A DNA stretch of 34,290 nt. Origin: Phycisphaerae bacterium. Lineage in GTDB: Bacteria; Planctomycetota; Phycisphaerae; SM23-33. Below the pieces are notes generated by a model. That model searched no databases and was not told the DNA's origin. It saw only the letters and a program-made list of their open reading frames with translations. This document shows, in pieces, positions 16,420 through 26,021 of the stretch; position 1 is the stretch's first letter, and each line of letters opens with the position of its first letter. The position numbers were made by a program, and so were the translations under genes. Where the stretch lies: the NCBI GenBank assembly GCA_046539005.1, contig JBKHHV010000002.1, positions 1 through 34,290 on the forward strand, in the 5' to 3' direction.

Positions 16420-17574
16420 TCAGCGGCCGTCCAGTTCCGTGGCGGCCTGGTCGCACAGGGTGGTGTCGACGGCGTCGGCGACGATCTTCTCGGGGGGCAT
16501 GTCTTTGTACCTGCCCTTGAAGGCGCCGACTTCCTGCATCATGCCGTAGTAGGTTGCCAGGGCAGCGAGCCAGTCCTCGGAGAATCGGCCGACGTATCGA
16601 ACGGTGGGGACCGACCGCTGCTCGACTTCCCGCGGGCTTCCGGTCCACTCAACGGCCACATCGACCGCCACCTTCGGGTCGGCGTGCATGCGATCGGTCG
16701 CGGCGATCAGCAGTTTCAGCAGTGCCTTGACCTGCCGGGGGTGGCGGTCCAGGACGTCCTGGGTGGCGGCCACGCAGCAGCAGGGATGGTTGTGCCAGGC
16801 GCCTTCGGGCGGCAGGTCCCGAAGCTGCGCGACGACCTTGCCGAGGCCCATCTGTTCAGCCTTGGCGGACACCGGCTGGTTCATGACGAACCCGTCCAGG
16901 GGGACGTCGCCTTTCTTGCCCGACAGCATGGCAATGGCGTTGGGCCCGCGGACCATGTGCACCATGAGCACCCCTGCCTCGGACTCGCCGGGGTCGTGCG
17001 TCCATCGGATGCCCTCGGCATCGAGGGCCTTGACGAACACCATTTTCGCGCAGGCAACCGGGCCCTTGTAGCCGATCCGCAGGGGACGGTCGGCCTTGCG
17101 AACTTCCGAGACGAACGACGCCCAGTCGCTTACCGGGGAGTCGGCGTGCATCACCAGTTGGTCGCCTTCGGTCTGCAGGGGACAGATGATCCTGAACTCC
17201 GCGCCCCTGTCCACGAACCTGGCCACCGACGCCACTCCACCCAGTCCGATGGCGATCTCCCCCCGCGACATTGCCGTGGGCATGTTGGCGGCGCCCCCCA
17301 CCTTGATCAACTCCAGGGTCGCCAGCGTCCTGTCGCCGTCCACCAGGTCGTAGACTTCCTTGAACTTCCGTTCCTTCAGGTAGACCCCTCCGGCATTGAG
17401 CTTCCTGCCCTGCAGGGCCGCCACGTACAGGGCGAGCTGATGGTCGTGCCCCACGTAGCCCACGCGAATGGTCGGGGGAGCCGAGTGGGGCTCCTCGCCG
17501 CCGCAGCCGGCCAGGCACACGACGACCACAACGGCCGCGGCGACAAACCGGGCGAGGGTAAGCAGGTTGCTCAT
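16420..17574 (-). CDS. ABC transporter substrate-binding lipoprotein, NMT1/THI5-like (NitT/TauT family)
   Basis: MSNLLTLARFVAAAVVVVVCLAGCGGEE carries lipobox LAGC. It has SsuA/NMT1-like features (IRVGYVGHDHQLALYVA; GYKGPVACAKMVF). It also contains an unusual WHNHPCCCVAAT cysteine triplet. Confidence 0.8.
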   Translation of the reverse strand: MSNLLTLARFVAAAVVVVVCLAGCGGEEPHSAPPTIRVGYVGHDHQLALYVAALQGRKLNAGGVYLKERKFKEVYDLVDGDRTLATLELIKVGGAANMPTAMSRGEIAIGLGGVASVARFVDRGAEFRIICPLQTEGDQLVMHADSPVSDWASFVSEVRKADRPLRIGYKGPVACAKMVFVKALDAEGIRWTHDPGESEAGVLMVHMVRGPNAIAMLSGKKGDVPLDGFVMNQPVSAKAEQMGLGKVVAQLRDLPPEGAWHNHPCCCVAATQDVLDRHPRQVKALLKLLIAATDRMHADPKVAVDVAVEWTGSPREVEQRSVPTVRYVGRFSEDWLAALATYYGMMQEVGAFKGRYKDMPPEKIVADAVDTTLCDQAATELDGR

Positions 17575-17815
17575 AGGCGTCTCCTTCGGTCAGCGAGCGG
17601 TAGGGACTTCGCCCCATGCAATGCGGAATGCTACCGGTCGGCCCGCCTGGCGGCAAGCGCCGATGGACGCGGAGTTTCCCCTGAGTGGATCGACGGAGGT
17701 GTGTTATACTCCTGCTGTCGCCCGACGGTGGCGGCACCGGCAGCCTGGGGCAGGTGGCCGGATGGACTGAGGTAATCCGCCCGGCCGAGGCCGGGCACCA
17801 TTCCGGAGGCATTCG

Positions 17816-19033
17816 ATGAGACGTACACACACTTTCCGTTCGGGCGCGGCCTTTGTCTGCGCGGTACTGGCGATGGTCACCGCGGCCGGGGCCCAGCAGG
17901 TGGGCATATCGGCCGACGAGTTCGACGACCTCTCGGGCTGGAACGACCTGAGTACCGTCGTGAACTGGGGCGGACATGCCGGGCCGACCTCGGCGTTCGA
18001 GGTGATCCAGGACGGCGACGGCAACGCCTTGCGCCTGACCGGCGACGCCCAGGACCACACCGGCTGGAGCAGCGACGACCTGTGGACGCATACCGCGCTG
18101 GACCTGCAATTCCCCCAGGCGATCGACCGCAACTCCGGCACGACGCTGACGGCGACGTTCCGGGCCAAGTACCCCTCCGGCGGTCTCAGCAATGAGGGGA
18201 GCCGTTTCAACGTGTCCTGGAACCACGACTACCCGGCCGGGGGGTTGGACATGGACATCAACGACAAGTACGACGACAACGACCAGGACTGGTGGGCCCG
18301 CCCGGCGTACAATCTCCGTCTGCGCCCCGGGGCGACGCACTCCGGTCAGGCCAATCTGTTGCTGTACGGCGGTGGGGACGACGTGGAAGGCGAGTACGAG
18401 TGGAATTCCACCAATGGTCGCTGGATGCCGGGCTTCTCGTCGGCGACCGGCGGGCAGTCTCCGTCTCCGAGCCTGGACAGCGTGGCCGGTGCGGGCATGA
18501 ACACCTACGACCAGGGAGAGTACGGGCTGTATCAGTATGTTCTGACGCCGGAGCAGCAGCAGTTCTGGTACGACGCCAACGACAACGGAACGTTCGAGAG
18601 CGACGAACTCTACGGCACGCAGGATATCTCGGTGGCGTTCGACTCCAAGGGTTTCCGGCAGGACTTCGACGTCATCGAGGGCGTGCGGCTGTACTGGCGG
18701 GGCAGCAGCGGCAAGGCCCAGATCGTGCTGGACAGCTTCGACGTTTCGGCCAGTGCCCTGGCCGGTGATGCCAACGAGGACGGCACGGTCAGCTTGGCCG
18801 ACCTCAGCGCCCTGGCGGCCAACTGGGACGTCACGGACGGCTCGGCCGACTGGACCATGGGCGACTTCAGCGGCGACGGGAACGTGAGCCTTGCCGACCT
18901 GAGTGCCTTGGCGGGCAACTGGAACGCCGACATCTTCGTCGGCGGGGCGGCTGCCGGCACCGTACCGGAACCGGCGACACTGGTGCTGCTGGTCGGCGGC
19001 GGTGTGGCGGGACTTCTGCGACGACGGCGTTAG
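17816..19033 (+). CDS. PEP-CTERM sorting-domain protein with dockerin-like repeat pair (405 aa)
   Basis: The signal peptide is MRRTHTFRSGAAFVCAVLAMVTAAGAQQ. The C-terminus is ...GTVPEPATLVLLVGGGVAGLLRRRR. GGAGG lies upstream of the ATG. Confidence 0.85.
   Translation: MRRTHTFRSGAAFVCAVLAMVTAAGAQQVGISADEFDDLSGWNDLSTVVNWGGHAGPTSAFEVIQDGDGNALRLTGDAQDHTGWSSDDLWTHTALDLQFPQAIDRNSGTTLTATFRAKYPSGGLSNEGSRFNVSWNHDYPAGGLDMDINDKYDDNDQDWWARPAYNLRLRPGATHSGQANLLLYGGGDDVEGEYEWNSTNGRWMPGFSSATGGQSPSPSLDSVAGAGMNTYDQGEYGLYQYVLTPEQQQFWYDANDNGTFESDELYGTQDISVAFDSKGFRQDFDVIEGVRLYWRGSSGKAQIVLDSFDVSASALAGDANEDGTVSLADLSALAANWDVTDGSADWTMGDFSGDGNVSLADLSALAGNWNADIFVGGAAAGTVPEPATLVLLVGGGVAGLLRRRR
18764..18925 (+). repeat. 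Dockerin-like (EF-hand-type) repeat pair
   Basis: GDANEDGTVSLADLSALAANW ... GDFSGDGNVSLADLSALAGNWN, placed immediately before the PEP-CTERM signal. Confidence 0.75.
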
Positions 19034-19057
19034 TTCCTTCGCAAGCGAGCAGGAATC

Positions 19058-19090
19058 CGAAGCCCGGAGGCCGATTGTCTTCGGGCTTCG
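19058..19090 (+). terminator. Hairpin after the 17816 gene (CGAAGCCCG-N15-CGGGCTTCG)
   Basis: Perfect 9-bp stem 25 nt after the stop. Only TT follows, so it is a weak intrinsic terminator candidate. Confidence 0.4.
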
Positions 19091-19126
19091 TTGCGCGCAA
19101 AAGTGGGAACCCGGGGCGGGATTCTC

Positions 19127-19154
19127 TTGACATATCCGCCAATGGGCATACAGT
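19127..19154 (+). promoter_or_regulatory. Candidate sigma70-like promoter (TTGACA-N16-TACAGT)
   Basis: Perfect -35 hexamer and a 4/6 -10 hexamer, about 250 nt upstream of the ATG at 19402. Confidence 0.4.
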
Positions 19155-19401
19155 GATTGTAAGGCCCCGGCGGCTCAGCCGGTGCCCCCTGTCTGGTTCG
19201 CAGGCAGCATGTCGTTTTTGCTCTTTGTTGACTCTGTGTCGTTCGTTTGCGGTACGCCGGCGTTCTGGTCGGCGGCAAACAACTGAGGCTCTGGGCTCAT
19301 CCATCGGCCAAAAGTGCGGCTGCGCTTTTGATTGCTCGCGGGAGGACGAGGACCTCCCACCCCGGTCGAGGCGGGCTCACAAATGGAAGGAGAAACACAT
19401 C

Positions 19402-20079
19402 ATGAAGTGGTCCAAGCTTGCGGTCTGTCTTATGGTCGTGGTGTGCGCGACTGCCTCGTTGGGGGCAGCCAATTCGCTGGCGGATCCCGATTTCGACTCG
19501 GCCGACCTCGGCTCGAGCCCGTGGAATTCCGATCCCGGCAGCGGGAGCAACTGGTCGATCTACGCCGACAACAGCGGCAACCCGGGCAGCACGACCTGTG
19601 CGGCGCTGTCGCACGGAAATCAGGGCGTCTGGCAGTCGGTCGCCGGCGACGGGGATACGCTCAATGACATGCTGAACGTCTCGCTGGACGTGAAGAGAGG
19701 TCCCCAGAGCAACAATAATGCCGACAAGGTGACGCTCGTTCTCAAGGCCAAGAACGGCGCCCCCTTCACCGAGGCGAACAAGGACAACGCCGGGGTCATC
19801 GCATGGGAAGACAATCTGGAAGTCACCGCCGGGACCGACTGGTCGACCGGGGAATGGCTGGCGATCGCCGTCGGTGCTGACTACGACTGGTACCTGGTGG
19901 AGATCTGGGCGGATGTACCCAGCGTGGAGGCGGGAACCCCGAGGAATCCCATTCCCGAACCGGACCACACCGCCTCCAGTGCCCGGGTGGACAACGTGTC
20001 CTTCGAGTTCGTCCCCGAGCCGACGACGCTTGCGTTGCTGGCCCTGGGAGGGCTGGTGTCGCTGCGAAGGAAACGCTGA
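19402..20079 (+). CDS. PEP-CTERM sorting-domain protein (225 aa)
   Basis: ATG at 19402 follows GGAAGGAGA. The product starts MKWSKLAVCLMVVVCATASLGAANS (signal peptide) and ends ...EFVPEPTTLALLALGGLVSLRRKR. The track ORF from 19075 is an over-extension. Confidence 0.8.
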   Translation: MKWSKLAVCLMVVVCATASLGAANSLADPDFDSADLGSSPWNSDPGSGSNWSIYADNSGNPGSTTCAALSHGNQGVWQSVAGDGDTLNDMLNVSLDVKRGPQSNNNADKVTLVLKAKNGAPFTEANKDNAGVIAWEDNLEVTAGTDWSTGEWLAIAVGADYDWYLVEIWADVPSVEAGTPRNPIPEPDHTASSARVDNVSFEFVPEPTTLALLALGGLVSLRRKR

Positions 20080-20115
20080 ATCGCGGTCGTAAGGCAAAGC
20101 TCAGAAAGTTTTCAG

Positions 20116-20156
20116 CGGGGGCGGCTGGGGCAAAAACCGGCCGCCCCCGGCTTTTA
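20116..20156 (+). terminator. Rho-independent terminator candidate
   Basis: CGGGGGCGGC (20116-20125) pairs with GCCGCCCCCG (20140-20149) and is followed by CTTTTA. Confidence 0.6.
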
Positions 20157-20174
20157 TGATCCTGTGGTTGCCAC

Positions 20175-20201
20175 TTGACAGCAGAGGGCCGGGGGTATAA
20201 G
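20175..20201 (+). promoter_or_regulatory. Candidate sigma70-like promoter (TTGACA-N15-TATAAG)
   Basis: Perfect -35 hexamer, a short 15-nt spacer and a 5/6 -10 hexamer. It lies about 385 nt upstream of the giant gene. Confidence 0.35.
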
Positions 20202-20585
20202 CTGAATGGACGTGGAGGCTTGATACACTGGCAGCAGTGGGCACGTTTCGCCCTTGGTTGTTTTCGAGCGTTCGCAGATGCATTTCAGACCCACCAGAAG
20301 GGTCATTGAGGCGAAGTACTGGAGGAAGAGGAGTCCATGCGAGGACTGAGGCAAAGCCTGGCGGCGCATCATCGTGCCCACGGTTCATCTTTGCGGTATC
20401 TTCTCCGCTTCGCCATCTCCCCTTCATTTTTCGAAACCCACTTTTCTGAAATGCTTTGCAAGACGCAGTCGACGTGCGCCGCCGCGGAGGATTTTCCCGG
20501 GAGCTATGAGCCCCCGGTTCGTTGTCCATAGAAGTCCGTGAAGAACAGTTCCGTACGTTTCTGAGGTAACTGGAAGGAGAAGCAA

Positions 20586-23500
20586 ATGAGGATCTCTAGA
20601 CTAACAGGTATCGCCGTAGCGGTATTTGTGCTGGTACTGGGCGTGTCGCCCGTGCTGGGGCAGATATCGTGGACCGGCGACGTCGACGCCAACGCGCAGG
20701 ACCCGGCCAACTGGGATGCTGCCGTTCCGACATCGAGCGACGACGTATCTCTCACGGCCGACGCCAACGGCACGACGATCGATCTGGTCGACGTGCAGTT
20801 GGAGTCGGACGACGTGGCGATCGGCGATGGAAATGCCGTCACCTACACCCTGACCGACTCCATCGGCGACGGCAGCACCGTCTGGGACGCTGACTATTTC
20901 AATCTCAACAGCGGCGCGACCCTGGTGCTGGACAACGCCAATGTGACCGGTTGGTTCAACATCCTTGGCGGGACGCTGTCGGTGAAGAACAACGCTGCAC
21001 CGGCCGCGGATTTTTCCTCCACAGGTGGCGACATCCAGTTCGAGGTCGTGCACCCGGACACGTCGGCCGACCCCAACGCGACTCTGCCGGTTCCGGCCAT
21101 GGACACCGAACTGAATCTCGAGGCCGGGACGACGACGATCTCGGCGACCTTCAGTGACCCCAACGGGTACGGCATTTACTCGCCCTCCGACGCGACCGTG
21201 CGCATGAACGGTGCCATCTACGACAGCTCCGGCAGCATCCTGCAGATCGGGACCATCGGCGGCGTCGGCGGCAACTTCCAGTTGGCCAACGATGCCAAGT
21301 TCGGCGACGGCACCCTGCAGATCGCCGACGGGACCGACCTGACCCTGGCCGGCATCGACTCGACCGGGTTCGCCCAGGTCGTCTTCCAGGGCGACAGCAA
21401 CCTCGGCGGCATGGGTGGCAACACCAACGATGACAACTGGGTCATCGGCGGCACCGTCACCACCCAGTTGGGCGGCAGCGGCGCAACGTTCAACGGTGAG
21501 ATCACCGGTGACGGCGGCGCCGGCGTCCTACAGGTGCGGACCAGCAGCGACAACATGAGCTTCAACAAGCTGGGCGGGGCCAATGACGTGACGCTGCGGC
21601 TGATCTCCAACATGGAGTTCGTGAGCGAGTCGGCCGACCCGCTGCGTTACGGCTGGGCGCCCTATGGTCACGACGCCCAGGTCGCCTTTGACGGCAGCAG
21701 CACCGTGACCATCGAGGGCTTCGGCGACTACAGCGACGACGCCAAGCACGGCGGCGGCGACTACGCTGCTCCTATCAACGAGAAGCGTGCCGACGGCGGC
21801 CTCGGCTACACCATTAACGTGTCCCAGGCCGCGACGAACTTCACCGGCACCGCCTACTTCCGCTCCGCCGGGAATAACGACGCCAACTATCCAATCCCGA
21901 CCGTCACCGCCAACGTCATGGTGGCCGACGCGTTCGACCAGGGCACCATCAAGATGGGCAACCAGTCCATCCTGACATTCGCGGATGCCGCTGCCTGGGA
22001 TCAGTCCAACTCCGCCCTGATCATGGAAGCCGGCTCGACGCTGGTGATCGATCGGGTCGTGGACCTGGGCACCTCGTTTGCCAGCACCGACTTCCAGGTC
22101 GGCTCCGGCGTGTCTCTGGAAGCCGACGTGGACTTCGAGACGGCCGGCAATGTGCTGATCGGCGTGCGGGATTACACCTCGACGCTGACCATCACCGGCA
22201 ACGATGCCGAGATCGGCCTGGGCGGTGAACGCGGGCTGTACGGACAGGCGAAGATCGTCAACCAGATCCAGACCGGAGCCGGCGTCGACCAGTTGAACTT
22301 CGATGGCACCGGGCCCGGCTTGGCGATTGACACCCTGCGTATCGGCAAGCCCGGCGAGACCAGCGGTCCGGTCATCACCGACGGTACCGCAGGTCCCCTG
22401 TCTGTGAACACCTACCGTAACATGATCTTTCAGACCGACAACGATTACACCGGTGGTACGAATATCTTCGAGGACACCACCTACGTGATGAGCGACGGGG
22501 CCCTGGGCACCGGGGACGTGGAGATCAGCAGCGGTGCTGTCCTGCAGAACTGGGCAGACGGCTTCGATCTCGGCAGCGGTCGAGTCGTGGTCAACGCCGG
22601 TGGTGAACTGGTGGTCCAGGAGAACATGGCTGCCGATGTGGAATTCGCCGGCGGCGAAATCCGCGGTGGGACCAAGACGGTGTCCGGCGATCTGTTCGAC
22701 AGTGGCGACGCCACCTTCACCGGTGGAAACCTGACCTTCACCGGCGGACTGAGCTTCACCGACAATCGTACCTGGACGGTCGAAGACGGTGTGACCGCCG
22801 ATTTCGACGGTGACATCACCGGCGGCGGTTACCAGTTGACCAAGGCCGGTCTGGGCACCCTTCGCCTGGACGGCAACGTCAGTAACCTCGATCTCGTGAT
22901 CGGCACCAGCCCCGGCGGCACGGTTGTCCGCCTGGGCGACAGCGGCAGTTGGACCGGCGGCGATGTGACCGTCAACGCCCAGAGCGTGTATGGGGTTGAG
23001 CAGGCCCACGACTTCTCCGAGGTCGACATGGCTGCCTCCACCGGCGTGATCGCCGTGGCGGACGTCAACAATACCGCCTCGATCGACATGAGCAGTGCCA
23101 GCAGCGACCTGTCGCTGGGTGCCATCGGCGATGCCGAGTTCTCCGGCACCCTGACGCCGGGCGCCAACGGCTACCAGCTCGGTGGCGGCGGCGGTACTCT
23201 GGACGTCACCAGCGTCCTGGGCGGCGCCCATGACCTGACCGTCGGCTTCGCCCCCGGCAATGCCAACGCCGGAAGCGACGTCGGACAGGTGATCCTGTCG
23301 GCCGCGAATACCTTCACCGGCGATGCCCACATCTACGCCCCGATGGGCCTGGGCAATGCCAACGCATTTGCCAACGCCAACAGCGTGACCATCTACAGCG
23401 GTGCGGCGATCGACGTCCGCGACACCGACCTGCATACCACGGGCGCTCCGGGCAACTGGGACTTCCAGTCCGGTGCCGGCATGTCCGCCACCGGTCAGAC

Positions 23501-25826
23501 GATGTCGCAGGATGACGTGGAGCAGTGGTTCACCAGCAACTACGTGTTCGGCGGCCCGGGAACCGGGACGACGACCATCGAGTCCGGTGCCCTGACCAGC
23601 GGCAGCCTTACGAAGATCGGTTCCAACACCCTGAAGCTGCTGGGAACCAACAGCCTCGGTGGCGAGACCACCATCAAGGGTGGCGTGCTGGAAGTTTCGG
23701 ATCTCAACGCCATGGGCACCTCGCCCGGCGGCTTCACCCCGAAGCTGGATCTGGACGGCGGCACGCTTCACCTGACCGCCTCGGATACCGACGATCGCTA
23801 CATCCGCGTCCTTTCGGACAGTACCATCCAGGTGGACACCGGCGAGAAGCTGACCATGACCGGGTTCGTCGATCTGGGCCTGACCTCCGCTGATCTGGCC
23901 AACCTGACGGTCACCGGCGGCGGTACCTTTGAGACCACCGATTTCATCTACGCGTGGAATCCCGACTCGAAGGTAATCGCGAAGGACGGCGGCAAGGTGA
24001 TTACGCCGTGGGTGAGCGACCTGAGGAACCTCATGTTCCGGGCCGAAGACGGCGGAACGGTCGAGTTCACCGGTGACGGGGAATTCGGCGTCGGAATGGG
24101 CACCATTCGCCCGGGCGGTGCTTTCCTGGCATCGGCCAGCTCGAGCATCCGCTCGAAGGTGAGTGACGCCGTTTCGATCCAATTCGCCGGCGAGTCTTCC
24201 AAGGCCAACGCCCACCAGGTGGGTGGAGAAGGCGAAATCTGGGTCTTCACCAACTCGGTGACAGGTGCTCTGCGGACCGACAATTCGGGCAACCACCCGG
24301 TTGCGTACATCGAGAAGGTTGGCGGCGGTGTGTTCAACGCCGCTCGTTCTCAGCAGCCCGGCTCGTTCGAGGACGACGTCTACAAGCCTTACTGGATCGT
24401 AAAGGAAGGCACCCTGATCGCCGGTGGTGGCACAAACGCTCTCGGTGCCGTGGTGGGCAGCACCACCGACAAGGGCGGGATGCTGAACGTCGATATGGAA
24501 GGCTTCTACCGCTCTCACCTCGAGGGCATCGAAGTTCACGACGGTGCCACACTGCAGTGGGGCGGCGAGGTGGGCTTCTTCGACGCCTCCGTCTGGGCTT
24601 CTGCCTATCCCGACGTAGACGGAGACGGCTGGAACCCCGGCGAGTTCGTGCTCTACAACGGTGCGACTCTCCGTTCCGGCGGCATGCAGCTCGGCTACGA
24701 CGGGTTCTACTTCAACGAGAGCCAAGGCACCCTCCCCGGGCACGAAATCGCCCTGGCCTACCCTACCGTGGGTGATGCCAACGGCGGCAACGTGACCTTC
24801 GACGGCTCGATCAACTTCCGATCGGGTATCGAGGTGGCCGGCGATGTTCCGGGCGGCCTGCTGGACGTGGATGTGAAGAACACCTACGAAGACAGCAAGA
24901 TCGTCCGCTTCAGCAACAGCCTCCCCGGTGCGGTCGGCGTGGATGTGTTCAAGACCCTGGATGTGGACACCGATGCCCGTGCAGGGATCTACAAGACCCA
25001 CGCAAATGTCCAGACCACGACCGTCGCCTCCGGCGGTGCCCTGGAGTTCTACGGGGACGGAAACGCCCTGAGCTACTCCGGCAGCGTTGAATCCGATGGC
25101 GGGCTGGGCTTCTACGGCAGCATGGACCTGTCCCTGGACGGGGACGCGCGAGTCGAAGAGGCCGTCACCGCGGGTATCCGTGATGACAGCCCGGCCGACA
25201 TCAGTGTCAGCCGCACGCTGTACTCCAACAGCGGCACGGCTGCGTTGACCGTCGAGTCCCAGGACGCCAACACCGTCACCTTCCGGGTGGGCGGGCTGCA
25301 GGGCTTCGATTCCATCGTCGTCGAGGCCGGCTCGACCCTCGAGCTGACCGGTTCCGGCGTTGCCAGTGACACCCAGAACCTGACGCTGGACGACGACGCC
25401 CAGTTGGCCCTCGGTGCCCTGACGGCATCGATCGAGATGTACGACGCCAACAAGGCCGAGGTCCTGCAGATGGTGGCTGACGATGTCCTGGTCGACACCA
25501 GCGGCGACGCCGGCCTGGGTATCGGCGTCACCGACGTGGACACCCACGCCCTGGCGATGCTGACTTACAAGGGTGATGCCAACGTGGACGGCAAGGTGAG
25601 CCTGGCCGACCTCTCGGCCCTGGCGGGCAACTGGAACTCTCAGGATGCCACCTGGGACGAGGGCGACTTCAACGGCGACGGCAAGGTGAGCCTGGCGGAC
25701 CTCTCGGCCCTGGCGGGCAACTGGAACGCCGGCGTCACCGGCGTGTCCAACACGGCCGTGCCGGAGCCTGCGACGCTGTCGCTGCTTGCCCTGGCGGGCA
25801 TCGGCCTGCTTCGCAAGCGTAAGTAG
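20586..25826 (+). CDS. Giant (1746 aa) autotransporter-associated beta-strand-repeat (PATR-like) surface protein with dockerin-like pair and PEP-CTERM signal
   Basis: GGAAGGAGA lies before the ATG. The signal peptide is MRISRLTGIAVAVFVLVLGVSPVLGQ. Segments such as GYQLTKAGLGTLRLDGNVSN and LTKIGSNTLKLLGTNSLGGETTIKGGVLEV recur through the protein. The C-terminus is ...NTAVPEPATLSLLALAGIGLLRKRK. Confidence 0.9.
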   Translation: MRISRLTGIAVAVFVLVLGVSPVLGQISWTGDVDANAQDPANWDAAVPTSSDDVSLTADANGTTIDLVDVQLESDDVAIGDGNAVTYTLTDSIGDGSTVWDADYFNLNSGATLVLDNANVTGWFNILGGTLSVKNNAAPAADFSSTGGDIQFEVVHPDTSADPNATLPVPAMDTELNLEAGTTTISATFSDPNGYGIYSPSDATVRMNGAIYDSSGSILQIGTIGGVGGNFQLANDAKFGDGTLQIADGTDLTLAGIDSTGFAQVVFQGDSNLGGMGGNTNDDNWVIGGTVTTQLGGSGATFNGEITGDGGAGVLQVRTSSDNMSFNKLGGANDVTLRLISNMEFVSESADPLRYGWAPYGHDAQVAFDGSSTVTIEGFGDYSDDAKHGGGDYAAPINEKRADGGLGYTINVSQAATNFTGTAYFRSAGNNDANYPIPTVTANVMVADAFDQGTIKMGNQSILTFADAAAWDQSNSALIMEAGSTLVIDRVVDLGTSFASTDFQVGSGVSLEADVDFETAGNVLIGVRDYTSTLTITGNDAEIGLGGERGLYGQAKIVNQIQTGAGVDQLNFDGTGPGLAIDTLRIGKPGETSGPVITDGTAGPLSVNTYRNMIFQTDNDYTGGTNIFEDTTYVMSDGALGTGDVEISSGAVLQNWADGFDLGSGRVVVNAGGELVVQENMAADVEFAGGEIRGGTKTVSGDLFDSGDATFTGGNLTFTGGLSFTDNRTWTVEDGVTADFDGDITGGGYQLTKAGLGTLRLDGNVSNLDLVIGTSPGGTVVRLGDSGSWTGGDVTVNAQSVYGVEQAHDFSEVDMAASTGVIAVADVNNTASIDMSSASSDLSLGAIGDAEFSGTLTPGANGYQLGGGGGTLDVTSVLGGAHDLTVGFAPGNANAGSDVGQVILSAANTFTGDAHIYAPMGLGNANAFANANSVTIYSGAAIDVRDTDLHTTGAPGNWDFQSGAGMSATGQTMSQDDVEQWFTSNYVFGGPGTGTTTIESGALTSGSLTKIGSNTLKLLGTNSLGGETTIKGGVLEVSDLNAMGTSPGGFTPKLDLDGGTLHLTASDTDDRYIRVLSDSTIQVDTGEKLTMTGFVDLGLTSADLANLTVTGGGTFETTDFIYAWNPDSKVIAKDGGKVITPWVSDLRNLMFRAEDGGTVEFTGDGEFGVGMGTIRPGGAFLASASSSIRSKVSDAVSIQFAGESSKANAHQVGGEGEIWVFTNSVTGALRTDNSGNHPVAYIEKVGGGVFNAARSQQPGSFEDDVYKPYWIVKEGTLIAGGGTNALGAVVGSTTDKGGMLNVDMEGFYRSHLEGIEVHDGATLQWGGEVGFFDASVWASAYPDVDGDGWNPGEFVLYNGATLRSGGMQLGYDGFYFNESQGTLPGHEIALAYPTVGDANGGNVTFDGSINFRSGIEVAGDVPGGLLDVDVKNTYEDSKIVRFSNSLPGAVGVDVFKTLDVDTDARAGIYKTHANVQTTTVASGGALEFYGDGNALSYSGSVESDGGLGFYGSMDLSLDGDARVEEAVTAGIRDDSPADISVSRTLYSNSGTAALTVESQDANTVTFRVGGLQGFDSIVVEAGSTLELTGSGVASDTQNLTLDDDAQLALGALTASIEMYDANKAEVLQMVADDVLVDTSGDAGLGIGVTDVDTHALAMLTYKGDANVDGKVSLADLSALAGNWNSQDATWDEGDFNGDGKVSLADLSALAGNWNAGVTGVSNTAVPEPATLSLLALAGIGLLRKRK
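25572..25727 (+). repeat. Dockerin-like repeat pair containing a 47-nt near-perfect direct repeat
   Basis: GDANVDGKVSLADLSALAGNWN ... GDFNGDGKVSLADLSALAGNWN. The sequence ggcaaggtgagcctggc[c/g]gacctctcggccctggcgggcaactggaac occurs at 25590-25636 and 25680-25726 with 1 mismatch. Confidence 0.85.
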
Positions 25827-25846
25827 AGTGCAAGTAGCCGGTTACT

Positions 25847-25874
25847 TTGCGGGCGTCCTTCGGGGCGCCCGCAA
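25847..25874 (+). terminator. 12-bp hairpin with UUCG tetraloop after the giant gene
   Basis: TTGCGGGCGTCC-TTCG-GGGCGCCCGCAA with one G-U pair. No U-tract follows, so its function as a terminator or RNA-stabilising element is uncertain. Confidence 0.45.
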
Positions 25875-25908
25875 GGGCCGCAATAGCGAAATCTTTACGA
25901 ATGAGTGA

Positions 25909-25936
25909 TTGACAATCCCCCACGGTGCGGTAGAAT
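25909..25936 (+). promoter_or_regulatory. Candidate sigma70-like promoter (TTGACA-N16-TAGAAT)
   Basis: Perfect -35 and 5/6 -10 hexamers, about 85 nt upstream of the ATG at 26022. Confidence 0.55.
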
Positions 25937-26021
25937 ACAGAAGCGTTGAATAGCACATTTCTGCACTACCACAGCATCAGAAGGACTGTTTCGAACCGAG
26001 GAACAAGTTGAGGAGAGACCC

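Noticed and set aside
17575-17815. TPP (THI-box) riboswitch upstream of the NMT1/THI5-like binding-protein gene
   Set aside because: I looked on the minus strand for the conserved CUGAGA ... ACCUGA ... core elements and did not find them. The region also serves as a divergent promoter for the first PEP-CTERM gene.
19075-19401. Upstream extension of the 19402 PEP-CTERM gene (track ORF starts at 19075)
   Set aside because: The extension encodes R/S/C-rich sequence ahead of a perfectly good signal peptide that starts at MKWSK and is preceded by GGAAGGAGA. It also overlaps the hairpin and promoter candidate.
20101-20529. 142-aa minus-strand ORF in the spacer before the giant gene
   Set aside because: The ORF overlaps the terminator hairpin and the promoter candidate. 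Its composition is poor and there is no recognisable ribosome-binding site.
21528-25547. 1339-aa uninterrupted ORF antisense to the giant PEP-CTERM gene
   Set aside because: Its G/V/A/D/R-rich low-complexity translation mirrors the GC3-biased sense codons (GGC/ACC/GAC read backwards give no stops). The sense frame has a signal peptide, recognisable repeats and a sorting signal. This is a typical high-GC shadow ORF.
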